A DNA stretch of 64,000 nt. Origin: the human T2T-CHM13v2.0 reference genome, Homo sapiens. The position numbers and the translations under genes are program-made. This document shows, one piece after another, positions 16,479 through 37,513 of this stretch (positions are counted from its first letter, which is position 1; the number at the start of each line of letters is the position of its first letter). The notes under the pieces were generated by a model. That model did no database searches and was not told the origin of the DNA. It saw only the letters and a list, made by a program, of their open reading frames with translations. The stretch is from NCBI RefSeq assembly GCF_009914755.1, contig NC_060925.1; one strand, written 5' to 3'.

Positions 16479-17538
16479 AAGTGATACCAAACTCTTTACA
16501 ATACTCCAAGTCATTTTATGTCTCTCAGCATTTACTTATGCTATTCCCTCTGTCAGAAACATTTCTCCCCTTCTTTATTAGGCTAACTCCTGCTGTTTGA
16601 AGGTTCAGTCTGGGTGTCATCTCCAGGAAATATTACTCCCTTTGGGCCAGGGATATCACCCCACTCTCTATCCCTAGAACCTTCTGCATGTCTATCCTAG
16701 CACTTACTGCATTTCAATGAAATCATCTATTGACATAGATGTGGAGCCAAATAAAGCTAGGTTTTTAAATATTCCATTAGTTTTTAGCATTAAAGTTAGT
16801 TCAGAAGAAATCTCTAGTTTCCATGTATTTCTATTCATTTGATATTAATGCTTTACCATAGTTGGAAATACTATGCCTAAAGTGCACAATTCATGCATGA
16901 GTATACAGGGGATCATATATTCATCTTATACTTCTAAGTTTCTCTTCTCTAAGTCATGTACAACAAGTTCTAACATGTCTAGTTCTACACTACATCGGAA
17001 CCTCACAGTCAAGTTGATTTATACAAGGCAAATATGTATTGTCTTGTATGCTGTCAAATGTTAAAAGGCCAGGAAGCAAATTTTAACAATGATGAGAACT
17101 GCACAGCAGTTTGAGACCACCAGAGTGAGGTGGTAAAAATGGCAAACAGCAGAATGGGCCTCCTCTGACCTCTAGGATCCACTTTTAATATGATTAGATG
17201 CTGTGCTTTGCCGAAGACCAGAAAATATAGTACAATCTCTATATTGTCACTCACTTGCATGATCAAATTATTTCCTATCTTTTCAGCTCACTTCCAACTC
17301 CCACAACCCATTAGGACTCATAATTCTTACTGTCTCTAACCTCCCTTATATTTTCACTTTCCTCATTACCCAGCTTCCATTCCATGGTCAATAATCATTC
17401 CTTTGCATTCACCTTTAACTTCCTTCAGGCCATAGATAATATGTAAATAAATGAATATGGCTGTGTTCTAATAAAACTTGAAATACTATTTTTCTTTAAT
17501 AATAATTTTTGTTATTAAATAATTTCTGTATTTCTTTA

Positions 17539-17913
<375 letters not shown>

Positions 17914-18084
17914 TCATTTAAAGAGGTAGAAAACATTCTTAACTCGTGGGCGTTATAACAAGCAGTGGGCTGGACTTGGCCCATAGGCTGTAGTTTGCTG
18001 ACGCTTGTCCTAGACAACAATTTTGTACTTCCTCTTTTTGACTCAAATGTCCAACATTTTTCCAACCTTGCTTTCAGCTGATGA

Positions 18085-18610
<526 letters not shown>

Positions 18611-20426
18611 TCAACTGGACCTTTCCCATCAGCATACAAATATGTTTTCTTTCTCATATTTGAAACAAAAGATACCCTTGGGCGCACTTCTCCACCTCCA
18701 GCTAATACCCCATTCTCTCCTTCCCTTTATAGAAATGCCCCTTGAAAGAGTTTCTATGCTGATTCTTCGGAGTTTCTCTTCCCATCCTCTCTTAAGTCTA
18801 CTCCAATCACACTTTTATGAAACTGCTCTTATAAGGCCCCCAGTGACTTCCATGTTTGTGAAATCAGTAAATTCTCAGTCCTAATCTCATTTGCCCTAAT
18901 AAACAAGGGAGATTTGGTGAGTTGAGCAGTCCCTATTCCTTGAAACATTCAATTTTAGCTTCCAGGGCATTCTACCATCTTAATTTTCCTTTTACCTCAT
19001 GGCCATTCCTTCTTAATCTTTGCTGATGCTTCTTCATCTCTCCAGGGATGGAGACCCCTCGCTCAGTTCTTAGATCTCGTCTCTTCTCTATTTTTACTTA
19101 CTTCCTTGGTGACTTCATTCAGTCCTATGGTTTTAAGTACAATCTGTATGCTGACAACTCCCATATTTATATCTCCAGCCTGGACTTCTCCCATGAAGTC
19201 CAGGCTCATATATCTAATTGCCTACTACTTGGATATCTAATAGGCATCTCAGATTTAATACATCGAAAAGTGAGCTCCTGATTTTCCTGTTAGGCCTATT
19301 CCTCCTGCAATCTTGCCTATCTCAGTTAATGGCAATTCCATATTCTTGGATAGAATTTTGGCTTTCAGTTGAATGTGATGAATGGAAGGGTTAATGTGGA
19401 AGGAAGAATGGGAGAGATGGTACTGAATAGCTTCAAGAATAGGGAAGTAGAATCCTCACTGTGTCCTAGGTTTGTGGGTTACTGCTACTGTGAGATATCA
19501 GCTGAGTGATATCACTTCTTTCTCCCTATGCAGCTGGTAAGAGAAAGAGAAAAAATAAGTGGGTGCTGTAATGAAGACTGTTAGGGGGAAGTGTCCACTG
19601 TTTGGGGACATTCTGAACTTAACCTCTGCCAGATAAAAGGATATGTGACTGAAATGAGCAAGGACTAGACAGACAGTGTACAGTAATCACAACACTGCTC
19701 CTGGCACCTGGATGTGCAGAGAGAACACAGTGGGCATCATTAACTATGAGCATATGGTCAATGCTCTATCTCAGTGATTCTCATCTAGGAGTGGGAAAAG
19801 GAGGAAAGAAAAACACTATAAATGATGAATGTTGTATAAATGAACAGTATGAAGGAAGATAAAATATTGAGAGCTATCCTAGGCTTCAATACAACTCTTC
19901 CCTGTAATTAAGAAGCCATTTACTTGTCTACAATCTCTTATCTGAAACCCTTAGGGCCTGATGTGTCTTAGATTCAGAATTATTGAATTTTAGAAAGATA
20001 ATAGGTATAGATACTATATAACTATATTATGTGACTCCCCATACTCAAACACATTAATATTTCCCTAGTAAAATGCATAATACTCCACACCAAGTGGGAT
20101 TAGTTATATAAATAGTTTCACATCAGTTTAAAGATTTAGTTACCAAATGAGTTCAAGTTTACATAAGGTTTTGTGACCAAATGAGAACAAAAACATTTTG
20201 TTCTCAGAGCCCATGGGTTTCAGAATTGTGAATAAATGATTGAGGATCTGTACTAACTTCAAATTGGAAGATCTTGAGCAAGACAACTTCACTGTCAACT
20301 TTAAAATAAGTAAGAAACAAGGTATATGTAGCTCTTTGAAATTTTCTCTCTCATGAGCTTTGGCAGAAGAGTAATACCTTCAGTGCCACGAGGTAAATCC
20401 AAAGAGTTTTGCAAGTTAATTCTTAC

Positions 20427-20534
20427 CAGAAATGTGGAATCCATTTCTGCAGTCATCAGCACTATGCCCTTTTCTTCCTTAAGTTCAGGATAGTGATATA
20501 AAATCAGCTGGCTGGCTGCAGCTTCCCCTCGGGT
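20427..20534 (-). CDS. ATPAF1: ATPAF1 exon 8 (TRGEAAASQLILYHYPELKEEKGIVLMTAEMDSTFL)
   Basis: ttgcag acceptor, gtaaga donor, 108 nt, phase 0/0. Confidence 0.97.
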
Positions 20535-22399
20535 CTGCAAGGTGGAACACTTATCAAGGCTCAATAAGGTACCATCACAACAAACTGCAATTTCAAAGCA
20601 ATAGACAGTCTAGAGGAAATTCTGGCTCTTAACAGCCCCTTGGGTGGCTGGTGAGTTGGAGGACTGGTATGTGGTGGTAAGGTCAGGCCTGCAAAGGCAC
20701 AGTGAAACTGACAGTTTGCACAGTGTTATTTGTGTCTTCAACTGGAAAAGGTTTGGCTTTTTTCCCAGAAAATGTTTACAGTAGGCAGTGAATCCATCAT
20801 TGTGACCATACGTTTAAAAACAAAATGGCACAAGCAGCTACCAAATCAAGTTCTAAAGAAAGCAATGTGCCTGTGTAATTGCCACTTTTATGGACTAGTG
20901 CATTTCACAGTTGAAATCTACTCCCCTTGGCTGGCTCTGAAGACTGAGCTCTTTTAAGCTGTAGCAGGAGCTGCAGAGTTTGCACATGAGCCAGATTTGT
21001 AATGTGCAGCTCTAAAATATAATCTGGGTTGGTGGGGGGTGAAGGGGAGAAGAAGGATGGAAACACCATGATTTTATGAAGAATGATCAGGGCAGTGGTT
21101 ACTAAATCTCAAGTCTAGACTAGGTAGAGAGGATGGGTTCAAAGCTAAAGCCCCTACATAGCACAGGTGGAAACAACTACATTCAAAAGAAGATTCCTAG
21201 ACTTTATCTCTAAAATTTCAGCGAGTCTTTTTAATTATAAATATCCAACTATCACTAGGGTACTTGTAATAGTTCAGCATCTCATTTTTCTTGAACATAC
21301 TTCTAATGTTACACTGATCATTTTGGTCATCATTCTAATATTATACTAATCACTTTTATTGTAATTATGTTTCTGGATCTTTCTCCTATACCTGAATATT
21401 AGCTCCATGAAGGCAGGGACCTTGTCTCACAGATCTCCAAGTCTTAGCACAGTTCCTAACACAATCCCATAATGATCAAGTTCACAGACTTTGAAGTCAG
21501 ATAACCTGGGCTCAATCCTGGCTCTATCACTTATTAGACAATGTGAACTAACATCTGAGGCCACTTTCTTCTATGTAATTAGAAATAATAACAGTAAATA
21601 TGGCGTATTATGAGGATTAAATGACATAATATATATAAAACATGTGGCACATAGTAAGTACATCAAATTGTTGGTTATTAAAGTATGTACTCAATAAAGG
21701 GTTGTTAGACATATTACAAAATAGCAAAGTAAAAAGCTGTTCCTTCATTCTATTTTGCATTCTTTACCCCAACTTCAAAGCCAATATAATTCATGCTTGT
21801 TTTTTGCCACATTTGACCTCCAAATATAGAATGCCAATCCTAGTTATGATTTAAAATATTGACTTTTATTTTAAAAGTTTTAAATGTTTTGAATCTAACT
21901 TTTAAATATAATATTTAAAAGTTAATATTGTTTTATTGGAAATAAAGAAATAAAGGAAGAAAGCAAACAAAATAACATTTATTAAACAGAAACTATTCAC
22001 TTAGCATGTTGGAAGGTGTTGACTTAGGTAATAAAACACATTTAAGACTTGGAGCTTTCCTCAAGGGGCTTCTAGCTTGGGTTAAAAAGATAGCCATCAT
22101 AACTCAGGCATGTTTGTTAAGTGAGGCACATGCAGTATATACAACTAGAGGTCTGGGGAAGAGACAAAAGAGAACCAGAAGTAGTCAGAGAAGGTGTTTT
22201 GGAGTCTTTTCCAATTTCTAGGTATTGAGGAGGCCCTAGAAAACTAGTCCAACACAAAAAGTATGACAATTCATCTGTGCCACAATAATAAATGCTGGGA
22301 GTAAGCAGCTATTCTGTGTCCTTGAGCCTCAGCCAAGGGTTTCTAGTCCTACCAAGGGGTAGTCCTCTTTCCTCTAGAGGAAGGGCACAAGCCACCTAC

Positions 22400-22495
22400 C
22401 TGAATATTTATAAGTGCAGTGAAGTGGAGTTCAGTACCTGTCCATTGTCCTACAAAAAACTCATAACCTTCCCTTCTTGGCAGAGCACATAGAAA
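22400..22495 (-). CDS. ATPAF1: ATPAF1 exon 7 ([32 protein letters not shown])
   Basis: tcacag acceptor, gtaggt donor, 96 nt; LPR..GYEFF ATP11 motif. Confidence 0.97.
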
Positions 22496-22605
22496 CTGTG
22501 AAAAACAGATATACAAGGAGACAGATGAATAAATGAAATTATTTGCTCTATATCCAACCACCTGTAACATTCATTCCATTTCCTCCATATTTGGTTTTTA
22601 AAATA

Positions 22606-22901
22606 TTTTTTTATTTTTTTGAGACAGGTTCTCGCTCTGTTGTCCAGGCTGCAGTGCAGGCATGATCACAGCTCACCGCAGTCTTGATCTGCTGGGCTCA
22701 GGTGATCTTCCCACTCAGCCTCCCAAGTAGCTGGAACTGCAGGTGTGCACCACTAAGCCTGGCTACTTTTTTTTTTTTTTTGGTAGAGATGGGGTTTTGC
22801 CATGTTGCCCAGGCTGGTCTTGAACTCCCGGGCTCAAGCAATCTGCCTCCCTCAGCCTCCCAAAGTGATGGGATTATAGGCATGAGCCACTGCTCCCAGC
22901 C
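22606..22901 (-). mobile_element. Alu (AluJ-type)
   Basis: polyT-led Alu body. Confidence 0.9.
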
Positions 22902-23088
22902 TAAAACATTTTTTTAAAATTAAGAAATTCATATGTGGCAATAAATACTCATGTACTTATCAATCCACCTAAGAAAGCATCAGAAATACAATTGAGGTTC
23001 CCTCTGCATTCCCTTCTAATCCCATCCCAGAGTTAACATCTATCCAGCATTTGGTGTCTATCCTCCTTTTTCATATTTTAATACTTTA

Positions 23089-23390
<302 letters not shown>

Positions 23391-23914
23391 TTTTTTTTAA
23401 AGTAGTAGTTTATATGTTTAAAAACTTAAATCTTATCAAAGTGTGTGTATCCTTTTGTAACTTTTTTACTTCATAGTATGCTTCTGAGATTTATCCATGT
23501 TGATATCTATAACTCTGAATTCATAAATATCTCACTGTTGTATGGAATTCTATTGTAGAAGTTTATCACTATTTATCCTTCTCTTGATGGATGTTTCAAT
23601 TTCTAAACTTTCTAATGCTGCTGAATTAGCTCGTTCCAATTGCTGTAATTACTTCACATTCTATCAGATAAGGCTGATATTGGAGCATGGCTCCAGACTA
23701 AACACCAAAAAATAAGTTTTATGCTCAAGATGTTTAGAATGGGGATGAGTAGTAGAGAAAAGAATGGTGCCAGAACAAAACAAAAGTATAAAGCAGCCCA
23801 ATACACATTAGTCACAAATTATCTTCTTATTGTCAACCACTCAGGCTCCAATTTATTATTATTAGATGAGATAAACTTAGTGCCTACTTGACAGATGATC
23901 CCTTGCTAGGGAAA

Positions 23915-27270
<3,356 letters not shown>

Positions 27271-27614
27271 CAAAAATGTTTTGAAAACCCGAGAAATCAT
27301 TACTGATACCAAGTTAGCTGGTCCACCCCACCTATTCCTTTTCCCTTAGGCCTTCTGGCAGCTCAGTATTTCAGCTACGACCTCTTAATTCCTTTAGGCA
27401 CATATTACCAGGATAGCATAGCCAAAACTGTGAAGAAAACTGCCAATAAAACAGGCATCTCAGCCCAGTTTGAACAGCTATTACGAAAAAAAAAAAGACA
27501 ACCTGTAATCCCAGCACTTCGGGAGTCTGAGGTGGGAGGGTCATTTGAGGCCAGGATTTGAAGCCCATCCTGGGCAACACAGTAAGACCTCATCTCTAAA
27601 TGAAAAAAAAAAAA

Positions 27615-29461
<1,847 letters not shown>

Positions 29462-29615
29462 GAAGTTGAAAAGATTAAGGTCTCAGATGTCTTCCAAAAC
29501 GCACTTGTACCGATAGATTAAGATCTACATCAGAAAGGGCTGATGTGGTAGGGAGCTAAAAAGCCAGAGGCTTACTGGGTCAAACCCACATGATTTCATA
29601 AGGCTGAAAATGTCA

Positions 29616-29725
29616 CTTATTAGTACAATCAACGTGTGAGCATCTTTATTAAGTAAACAGAGCACTATAACTTATTAGTACAATCAACATGTGAGCATCT
29701 TTATTAAGTAAACAGAGCACTATAA
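29616..29725. repeat. 55-bp tandem duplication (2 copies, 1 mismatch)
   Basis: cttattagtacaatcaac(g/a)tgtgagcatctttattaagtaaacagagcactataa x2. Confidence 0.95.
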
Positions 29726-29819
29726 CATGTGAGACAGTATGGAATATGACGTGATGGGCTGGAAAATACTTGTTTGGCAACATTGATAAGCAACCCTTAC
29801 GTGATCACCAGAAACTTAC

Positions 29820-29867
29820 TGTTGGACAGGACTGAGCCCGGTTCCAGATCAAATCAAACTTTTCTGC
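29820..29867 (-). CDS. ATPAF1: ATPAF1 exon 6 (AEKFDLIWNRAQSCPT)
   Basis: ctacag acceptor, gtaagt donor, 48 nt; manual translation. Confidence 0.95.
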
Positions 29868-31055
29868 CTGTAGGTTGGAAAAGAATAAAGTTAACCTACA
29901 CATAGTAAAACACAAAAGGCCACTATCACATGTAATTCACCAAGACTGAATTCTAGAATTATAATACAACTAAAACAGTCATTTAAGTTTCATCATTTTC
30001 AAATCACTCTTATGACAGAAAGACAGGAAAAACCAGATGTCTGTTTTGCTGTTTATTGTCAGAATTATGTGTAAAGACTAGGTGCACCAATGCTCCAGGG
30101 AACTTTAACAATTGTCAGAGACATCAAGTCACCAAGTCAGTTTGAGGGAGAGGTAAGAAGGCCTGTTTAAACAATGAGTCAGTATCAGAGATCTAAAACA
30201 TCACAAAAAGTGCAGACTCTTCTTCTGGCTGTTGAATTCATGTAGGATAAGGGTATATATATATGAGAGATTAAAAAAAAAGATAGCGATACCATCATAA
30301 CCACCAAAAGGCCTGGCTTTATCCTTCCATCTATATGTTTTCCTCCTTAATCTTACACTTACTCATGTAATCTCAATATATATTTGTGTGCTTGATAGAA
30401 ACTTAACCTAAGCTCCCACCCCTCCTTCAGGGAAAAACAAAGAACTAGCTGATAATCCAGTACTTCAGATGCTTTATTATAGTGAAGGCCAGCAAAACAT
30501 TAAACCAGAGAAGCCAGCAGCATCCCTTCTCTGTCACAGACCTTAATGGTCAAGCAGTAGATGGTGACCATCTCTAAGAATAATTTCAAGAAGGGAAAGA
30601 CCAAGAAAATGCCACTTGCTAAGGGGAATATTCACCAGAGATAGACTAGGAAGAGGCTCCAAGTCAGCTCAGGTATAGGTCACTTACAGGCAAGAAGGGA
30701 AAAAAGCTGTGCTAGAGGCCCTGTCTTAAATTCCAACAGCTTGGTTGGAAAACATCAGTAAGAAAAAAAAGACATCTGGAAATTACTCAGCAACATGAAC
30801 TTATACCACGCTCCCTTGTCAGAGACTTGACTCAGAGACATTTCTAAAGTAGAAAGGAGGAAAACAAGAGCCATAAATATACCATATGGAGCTTCCAATC
30901 TCTGGTGCTCAGGGCATAATAAAAACTCTCAGGGCTGTAAAATGCAGCTTCTCAAGAGGCAATAAACATAGGAAAAGTAAAGGCAACTGCCTGCTAAGGT
31001 TAGAGAACTGACTTTCATGTTGTAACACTTTCACTTTGCCCTCCAAACTACTTAC

Positions 31056-31106
31056 AGGAATAACTGCGTAGACTGTATCTTTTGCTGCAAAATATTGCTG
31101 CCAAAT
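31056..31106 (-). CDS. ATPAF1: ATPAF1 exon 5 (IWQQYFAAKDTVYAVIP)
   Basis: gtacag acceptor, gtaagt donor, 51 nt. Confidence 0.95.
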
Positions 31107-31702
31107 CTGTACAAAAAAGAGAGGGGTGTCTGTGACATGTGGGTAATCTTTTCAACATGTGCCAAGAAATGGTGACAGTTTTCATTGCTCAGAGGAATAT
31201 GCTATTTGATAACAGAGAGGAAAAACCCAGTATAACGCTTTCATTACTAGCACATCACAAAAAAGATTTAATACAATCCACTCTTCTAGATGATTAAACT
31301 GTAACTCTTAATAACAAATTCCTGACAGAGAAACTGATTCTCTGACTTTAAAAGTCATTCCTCTTAATATGTGCCTTGTGTGTGATAGACAACTTCTTTT
31401 TTTTCACATTTTTATTTCCTCCCCAAACCCACACCTCCCCAGCCAACTGAGCCTTCCCAGAGAGTCAGGACTAGAGCTCAGGGTTCACAGTCAGGCAGAC
31501 CTGGATGCGAATCTCAGCTCCAGTCATTTACTAGCTATACTACCTTGGGCAAATTACTGAAAACTCCCTAAAAAACATCAATAAAATAGCAATAATAACC
31601 TCACAGAATTGTCATGACTAGCTGAAATAATGTAGGTCTGTGCTTAGCTCAGCACTTGTCACAGAATAAACACTACAAATAATGTTAGCTTTTGTTAGAT
31701 AT

Positions 31703-31760
31703 TGTATTAGTCCATTCTCACACTGCTAATAAAGATATACCTGAGACTGGGCAATTTATT

Positions 31761-31799
<39 letters not shown>

Positions 31800-32498
31800 G
31801 TACTTTAAGTTCTAGGGTACATGTGTACAACATGCAGGTTACATAGGTATACGTGTGCCATGTTGGTTTGCTGCACCCATCAACTTGTCATTTACTTTAA
31901 GTATTTCTCCTAATGATATCCCTCCCCCAGCCCTCCACCCCCTGACAGGCCCCAGTGTGTGGTGTTCCCCACTCTGTGTCCATGTGTTCTCATTGTTCAA
32001 CTCTCACTTATGAGTGAGAACATGCGGTGTTTGGTTTTCTGTCCTTGTGATAGTTTGCTGAGAATGATGGTTTCCAGCTTCATCCATGTCCCTGCAAAGG
32101 ACATGAACTCATGCTTTTTTATGGCTGCATAGTATTCCATGGTGTAAATGTGCCATATTTTCTTAATCCAGAGACTGGGTAATTTATAATGGAAAGAGGT
32201 TTAAGTGACTCACAGTTCCACAGGGCTGGGAAGGCGTTAAGAATCTTACAATCATGGTGGAAGGGGAAGCAAACACATCCTTCTTCACATGGTGACAGGA
32301 AGAAGAATGAGCAAAAGGGGGAAAAGCCCCCTATAAAACCATCAGATCTCGTGAGAACTCATTATCATGGGAACAGCATGGAGGTAACTGCCCCTATGAT
32401 TCAATTACCTCCCATTGTGTCCCTCCCATGATGTGTGGGGATTATGGGAACTACAATTCAAGATGAGATTTGGGTGGGGACACAGCAAAACCATATTA
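31703..32498 (-). mobile_element. THE1-type MaLR LTR split by an L1 insertion
   Basis: tgtattagtccattctcacactgc ... gagatttgggtggggacacagcaaaaccatat. Confidence 0.88.
31760..32170 (-). mobile_element. 5'-truncated L1PA 3' end (~410 bp) with (TTA)n tail
   Basis: L1 3'UTR; 17-bp TSD gagactggg(c/t)aatttat at 31743-31759 and 32171-32187. Confidence 0.92.
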
Positions 32499-35365
32499 GA
32501 TATTATTGGCATGTTATAGGCAGCTCTTAAAATCCTGCTTCCAGAAAGTCTTCTACATGTGGAAGAGATAAGGTCTGTTGGATCTGACTATGGTATATAC
32601 CAATCAGAAGTCCTACCTCTGCTTGACACTAACGAACAAGGAAGCTACAGTTGACCTTCATGATGCAAATACCAAAAGGTGGGGAATAAAAAAATTATAT
32701 AATAAAATTTGAAAATTAGAAAACAGGGAAAAGGAAAAAATGCCCATAGTCCTACCACCCTAACAAAGACCACTGTTACTTTATTTCTTTCTAGCATGTC
32801 TTTTATAGTATACATAGATGTAGCATATATGCAATATTGTGTCTTTTCATTATTTACCATTAATATCATATGGATGCTCTGTGTTCTTATTTTTTACTAC
32901 CTTTTTTTTGCCTTCCCATGCCTTTTTACATGTTATTGGCTCTGACTAGAAAGCCTCTCTCTCCTACCTCTGACCTCCCAAATTCTTCCTGTACTCTGAA
33001 GCTGAGCCTATATGCTTCTTCTTCCATGCAGTTTCCCTTGATATTACAGTCAGAAGTTTTCCTATGAGCTGCTTTTCTATTTTATTTATTTCCTCCCCCT
33101 TGCTTTCATATTTTATATCTCTCTTAAGATGCCTAGGATATGCTACTTCATAATAAGATCATTTGCATATGGATCTATTTCCCTCACTAGTTTGCAAGCC
33201 CCCTGTAGGCAGGTATCTGCTGTGTTGTCACCAATGCCTTGCAACCCAAAAAGTACTCAGAAATGCTGGTTGAATGATAGATGATTGTGAAATAATAAGA
33301 AACATGTAATCTAAAAGAGGCACTTAACCCAGGGTAGGGAAGAGTGCCAGAGGAAGGGACACTTGGAACTGTATCCTGAAGAATGATTAGGAGTTAGAGT
33401 AGGGAAATAAGGAGGCTGGGAAGATAACAGGTAGGGCAGGAGAAGGAGATAAGAGACACATTTGAAGCAGAGAATGACAACACTAACAAAGGCATAGAAG
33501 TAGAGGAGGGTATCATAACCAAGGTGACACCAGAGTGAGCTAGTGTTGAAGAATGGGTCAACTTCCTTTAGAGTTGGTCTGTTTTGTCAACATTTCTGTT
33601 AAAATATGGGGCCCCAATTGAAGATACTAATCAAAGTGTGATCCATCTAATCAACACAGAGCACAAAAGGACTATTAACTCCTAGGACCTATGGAAACTA
33701 CTCTCAATGTGGCATAAGGTTGCTTTACCTTTTCTTTTTTTGCATGTCAAAACATTGTCTTCTCATTTTAAGGACAGCATATTCTGATTATTTTTATTTA
33801 ATTTATGATATTAGCAGACAGTTTATGAATCAAAACTGAAATTCATGAGACTGATATATGTTTCCTTATATAGTTGAATTTAGCTACTCATTTCAACAAA
33901 CACAAATTTATACCTAAAACTATAGGTCTCAATGATACTTGTCATATGATCAGGCCTCCTGGGCCTGGCTTCTTTTTCCCCTAAATGACATGTTTTGTGT
34001 CCATGTTCCTTTGGTACTTCTTCCCAAAGGCACAGCCAGAGTTCTCCCTGACACTTTGCATATGCCTCTATTAATAGAAAGAACCCTGTGCTGATCTGAT
34101 CCGTTTTGCGGAGGCTAAAACTCCTTGGGGATGAGGATTCTCTCATTTATCTCTGTATCTGGCACAGAGTCTGACATTTAATTGGTATGCATTAAATGTG
34201 TGCTAAAATAAATGATACAGCATACAAAGGAAACCCATGGCAACTGGCACAACTTCCAGTTGTGGGAATATGATGCAGAGTCAAATAGACATGGGTTTGA
34301 GTCCCAGCTCTACCACTGACTAAGTTACATAATCTCTTTAAGTCACAGTTTCCTCAACTGTAAACTGGGAATAATGGCACCCACTTCACGGGGTGGTTAA
34401 GAGAATTTAATGAAATAATGCATATGAAGCATTAGGCATTGTACCTGATACAGAGTATGCTGCTTTTATTATTATTTTGATCCTCTCAATCTACCTAATG
34501 TATAATTCATGGAACTATAAAGAATGCCAGAAAAATAGCTTATTAGAGAGAAAAGAATCACAGGTATAAAAATATAAATGACCAAACAGGCAGGATAGCT
34601 CATGAGTGCTTTGAAGGAAAGTGTTCAGGAAGCTTCCTGAAGAAGGTCCTGTGATAATGGAGAGCTATGAATGCCCAGAAAAGGAATACAGGAAGTCACT
34701 GAACATTTGTGACCAGGTTCCTAATACATTTTTTTCCCATTTTTTAAAAAACATAAATATAGCACTTACTCTATGCCAGGGACTGTTCTAAGTGATAATA
34801 AATGTTAACTCATTTAATTATCCAAATAACTCTATGAGGTAAGTGCTATTATTTGCTCCACTTTAAATAGGGAAACTAAAGCCCAGACAAGTTGATTAAC
34901 TTGTCCAAGTCCTATAGATAGTGGCAGAGCTAGGACTTAAAACCGGCAGCTTGGTTCTAGAGTCTGTGTTTTTAAACCAATACACTATACTTCTCCATAA
35001 TGAAAGGAGAAGTTTCAGAGGACTCAGTTGATGAGAATATTATGGGTGGAGTGGAAAAAAAAGGAGAAGGGAAACCTATTTGGAAAGGTAGTGCAGTAAT
35101 CCAGGTACAGAGTACTGATGAGGGTTACACGAGATGTGGATTATGGGAATGAAAAAGAAACTAGACATACAAGTTGATTAGACATATAAGAGTGACAAAG
35201 AAGACAAGTTTTCTTATGACATTGTTCTTCAAGTAATTCATCACTTTTGCCTTTTATTATTACCTTTCATTGTGGCTAGAAAGAGGTGTCAGAAAATGTA
35301 CTTTCAGATTTGGTTCACAGAATTCACATTTTCATAGAGTAGGCCAGCCCATTTCCATTCATTAC

Positions 35366-35428
35366 CTGTTTTATTTCTTCTGCAGTTTTTTCTTTTACCA
35401 TCTCAATGTTAAAGATTGAACTGAGAGT
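35366..35428 (-). CDS. ATPAF1: ATPAF1 exon 4 (TLSSIFNIEMVKEKTAEEIKQ)
   Basis: ttcaag acceptor, gtaatg donor, 63 nt. Confidence 0.95.
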
Positions 35429-35926
35429 CTTGAAAGAGACAATAAAAAGCAATTAACACATAATTAAAAAAAAAAAAAAAACAGCTTAACTCTATCTCTA
35501 AGCCTGTGGCAAACATGTCAGGACAATGAAACAGATTTCCAAAAGTAGAAAACAAGTATAAGAAAACCCACATGCTCAGAGAAAGTGAGCCCCCAAGCCT
35601 AGACAGGTTTTCATAGTTCTGTTCCTGAGGAGTCTCTCTTAGGTTGCCATGTACTTCCCAAAGGCTTCACCCTTACCAATGAGTCCTGCGGCACTTTGCA
35701 GCTGGTAAGAGGAGAAAGTTTGGTTGTTATTTTTAATTAAACTGCTATGCTAGGGGTCATGGTCAAGGACACAAAGTTCATAGAAATATTTCTCACTTCT
35801 ACAGCTGGAAAATCACCTTACACAAAATCACTGAGCCACAGTACTTATGTTCAAATTTGCAGCCTCTTGTTCTAGATGTCCCATATGACTTCAAGCTTTT
35901 TTTCCTATATTTAATTAGAAACCTAC

Positions 35927-35977
35927 CTTGTCCTTAGTGAATCCTCTGTTCACAGACTGTTTCCCCAAGGCATCTGT
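35927..35977 (-). CDS. ATPAF1: ATPAF1 exon 3 (TDALGKQSVNRGFTKDK)
   Basis: tttcag acceptor, gtaggt donor, 51 nt. Confidence 0.95.
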
Positions 35978-36149
35978 CTGAAATATATAAGACAAGATAT
36001 TAATCTACACTTTACTCATAAGAAAAAAGGTAACTAAGCTAGGTGAAGTACCCAATCTCATTAAATAATTTTGCATGTGAGAACTCACTTCTCTCCACTT
36101 TTTATAATAATTGTTCTAAAATTTTAACACTATTTTAAAAATTATTGTT

Positions 36150-36471
<322 letters not shown>

Positions 36472-37190
36472 TTATTGTTTATAAGAAAACAACTTTCTTC
36501 TAAGATTCTGAGATTCAGAGATAAGATTTCTCTCTCAGTAAACTATCATCTACTAGTACTGAGAGTCCATTCTCCACCTGCCACTGTGGATATGAGGGAT
36601 TTCTTCCCAGAATTAGGCCTGCTTGGGATTACTGTGCTCTGTCCTGACCTATTCCACACTGAGCCATGGGAGAGGTAAGAAATGGAAAGATGTGTTATCC
36701 AAGGATACTGCTTATCTCTGACAACACTTTGATGGTAGGCATCCTCAGCAGACTAGAGTCATTTTGAGTGTTCAATCTTAATGTTTCCTCTATCAAATTA
36801 GACACCCTTAAAAAAAGGCCACCAACAACTGAAAGTGATTATTTTGTCTCGTAGCCATTATCTCTCATAAAGGTCATAGCTAGTAAATCCTGTTTTGAGT
36901 AGTTTCTGGTAGTAGGGATGGGTTGTTCTGAGTCTTCCACTCAAGGCTGTGCTTCTCAGAAGTACATTCGACACCTGGGATTCTGAGGCTGAAAAACACT
37001 TTCTGCATAAAACCTTGCCTTTAGTCACTTTGTGCTTTAATTAATCCACACTTTTCATAAATGATGGTCATAGAACCTGTACCCACAAATTAGAGAAAAG
37101 CCTGTTGAACACCCTTTAGTCTTTTTGGTCACGCACCTATACACTGACAACATCCCAGTGTAGCCGTTCCTTCATATGTAAACCATCTAA

Positions 37191-37513
<323 letters not shown>

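Noticed and set aside
29616-29725. Direct repeats as a CRISPR-like array
   Set aside because: Two adjacent copies with no spacers in eukaryotic DNA; a simple tandem duplication
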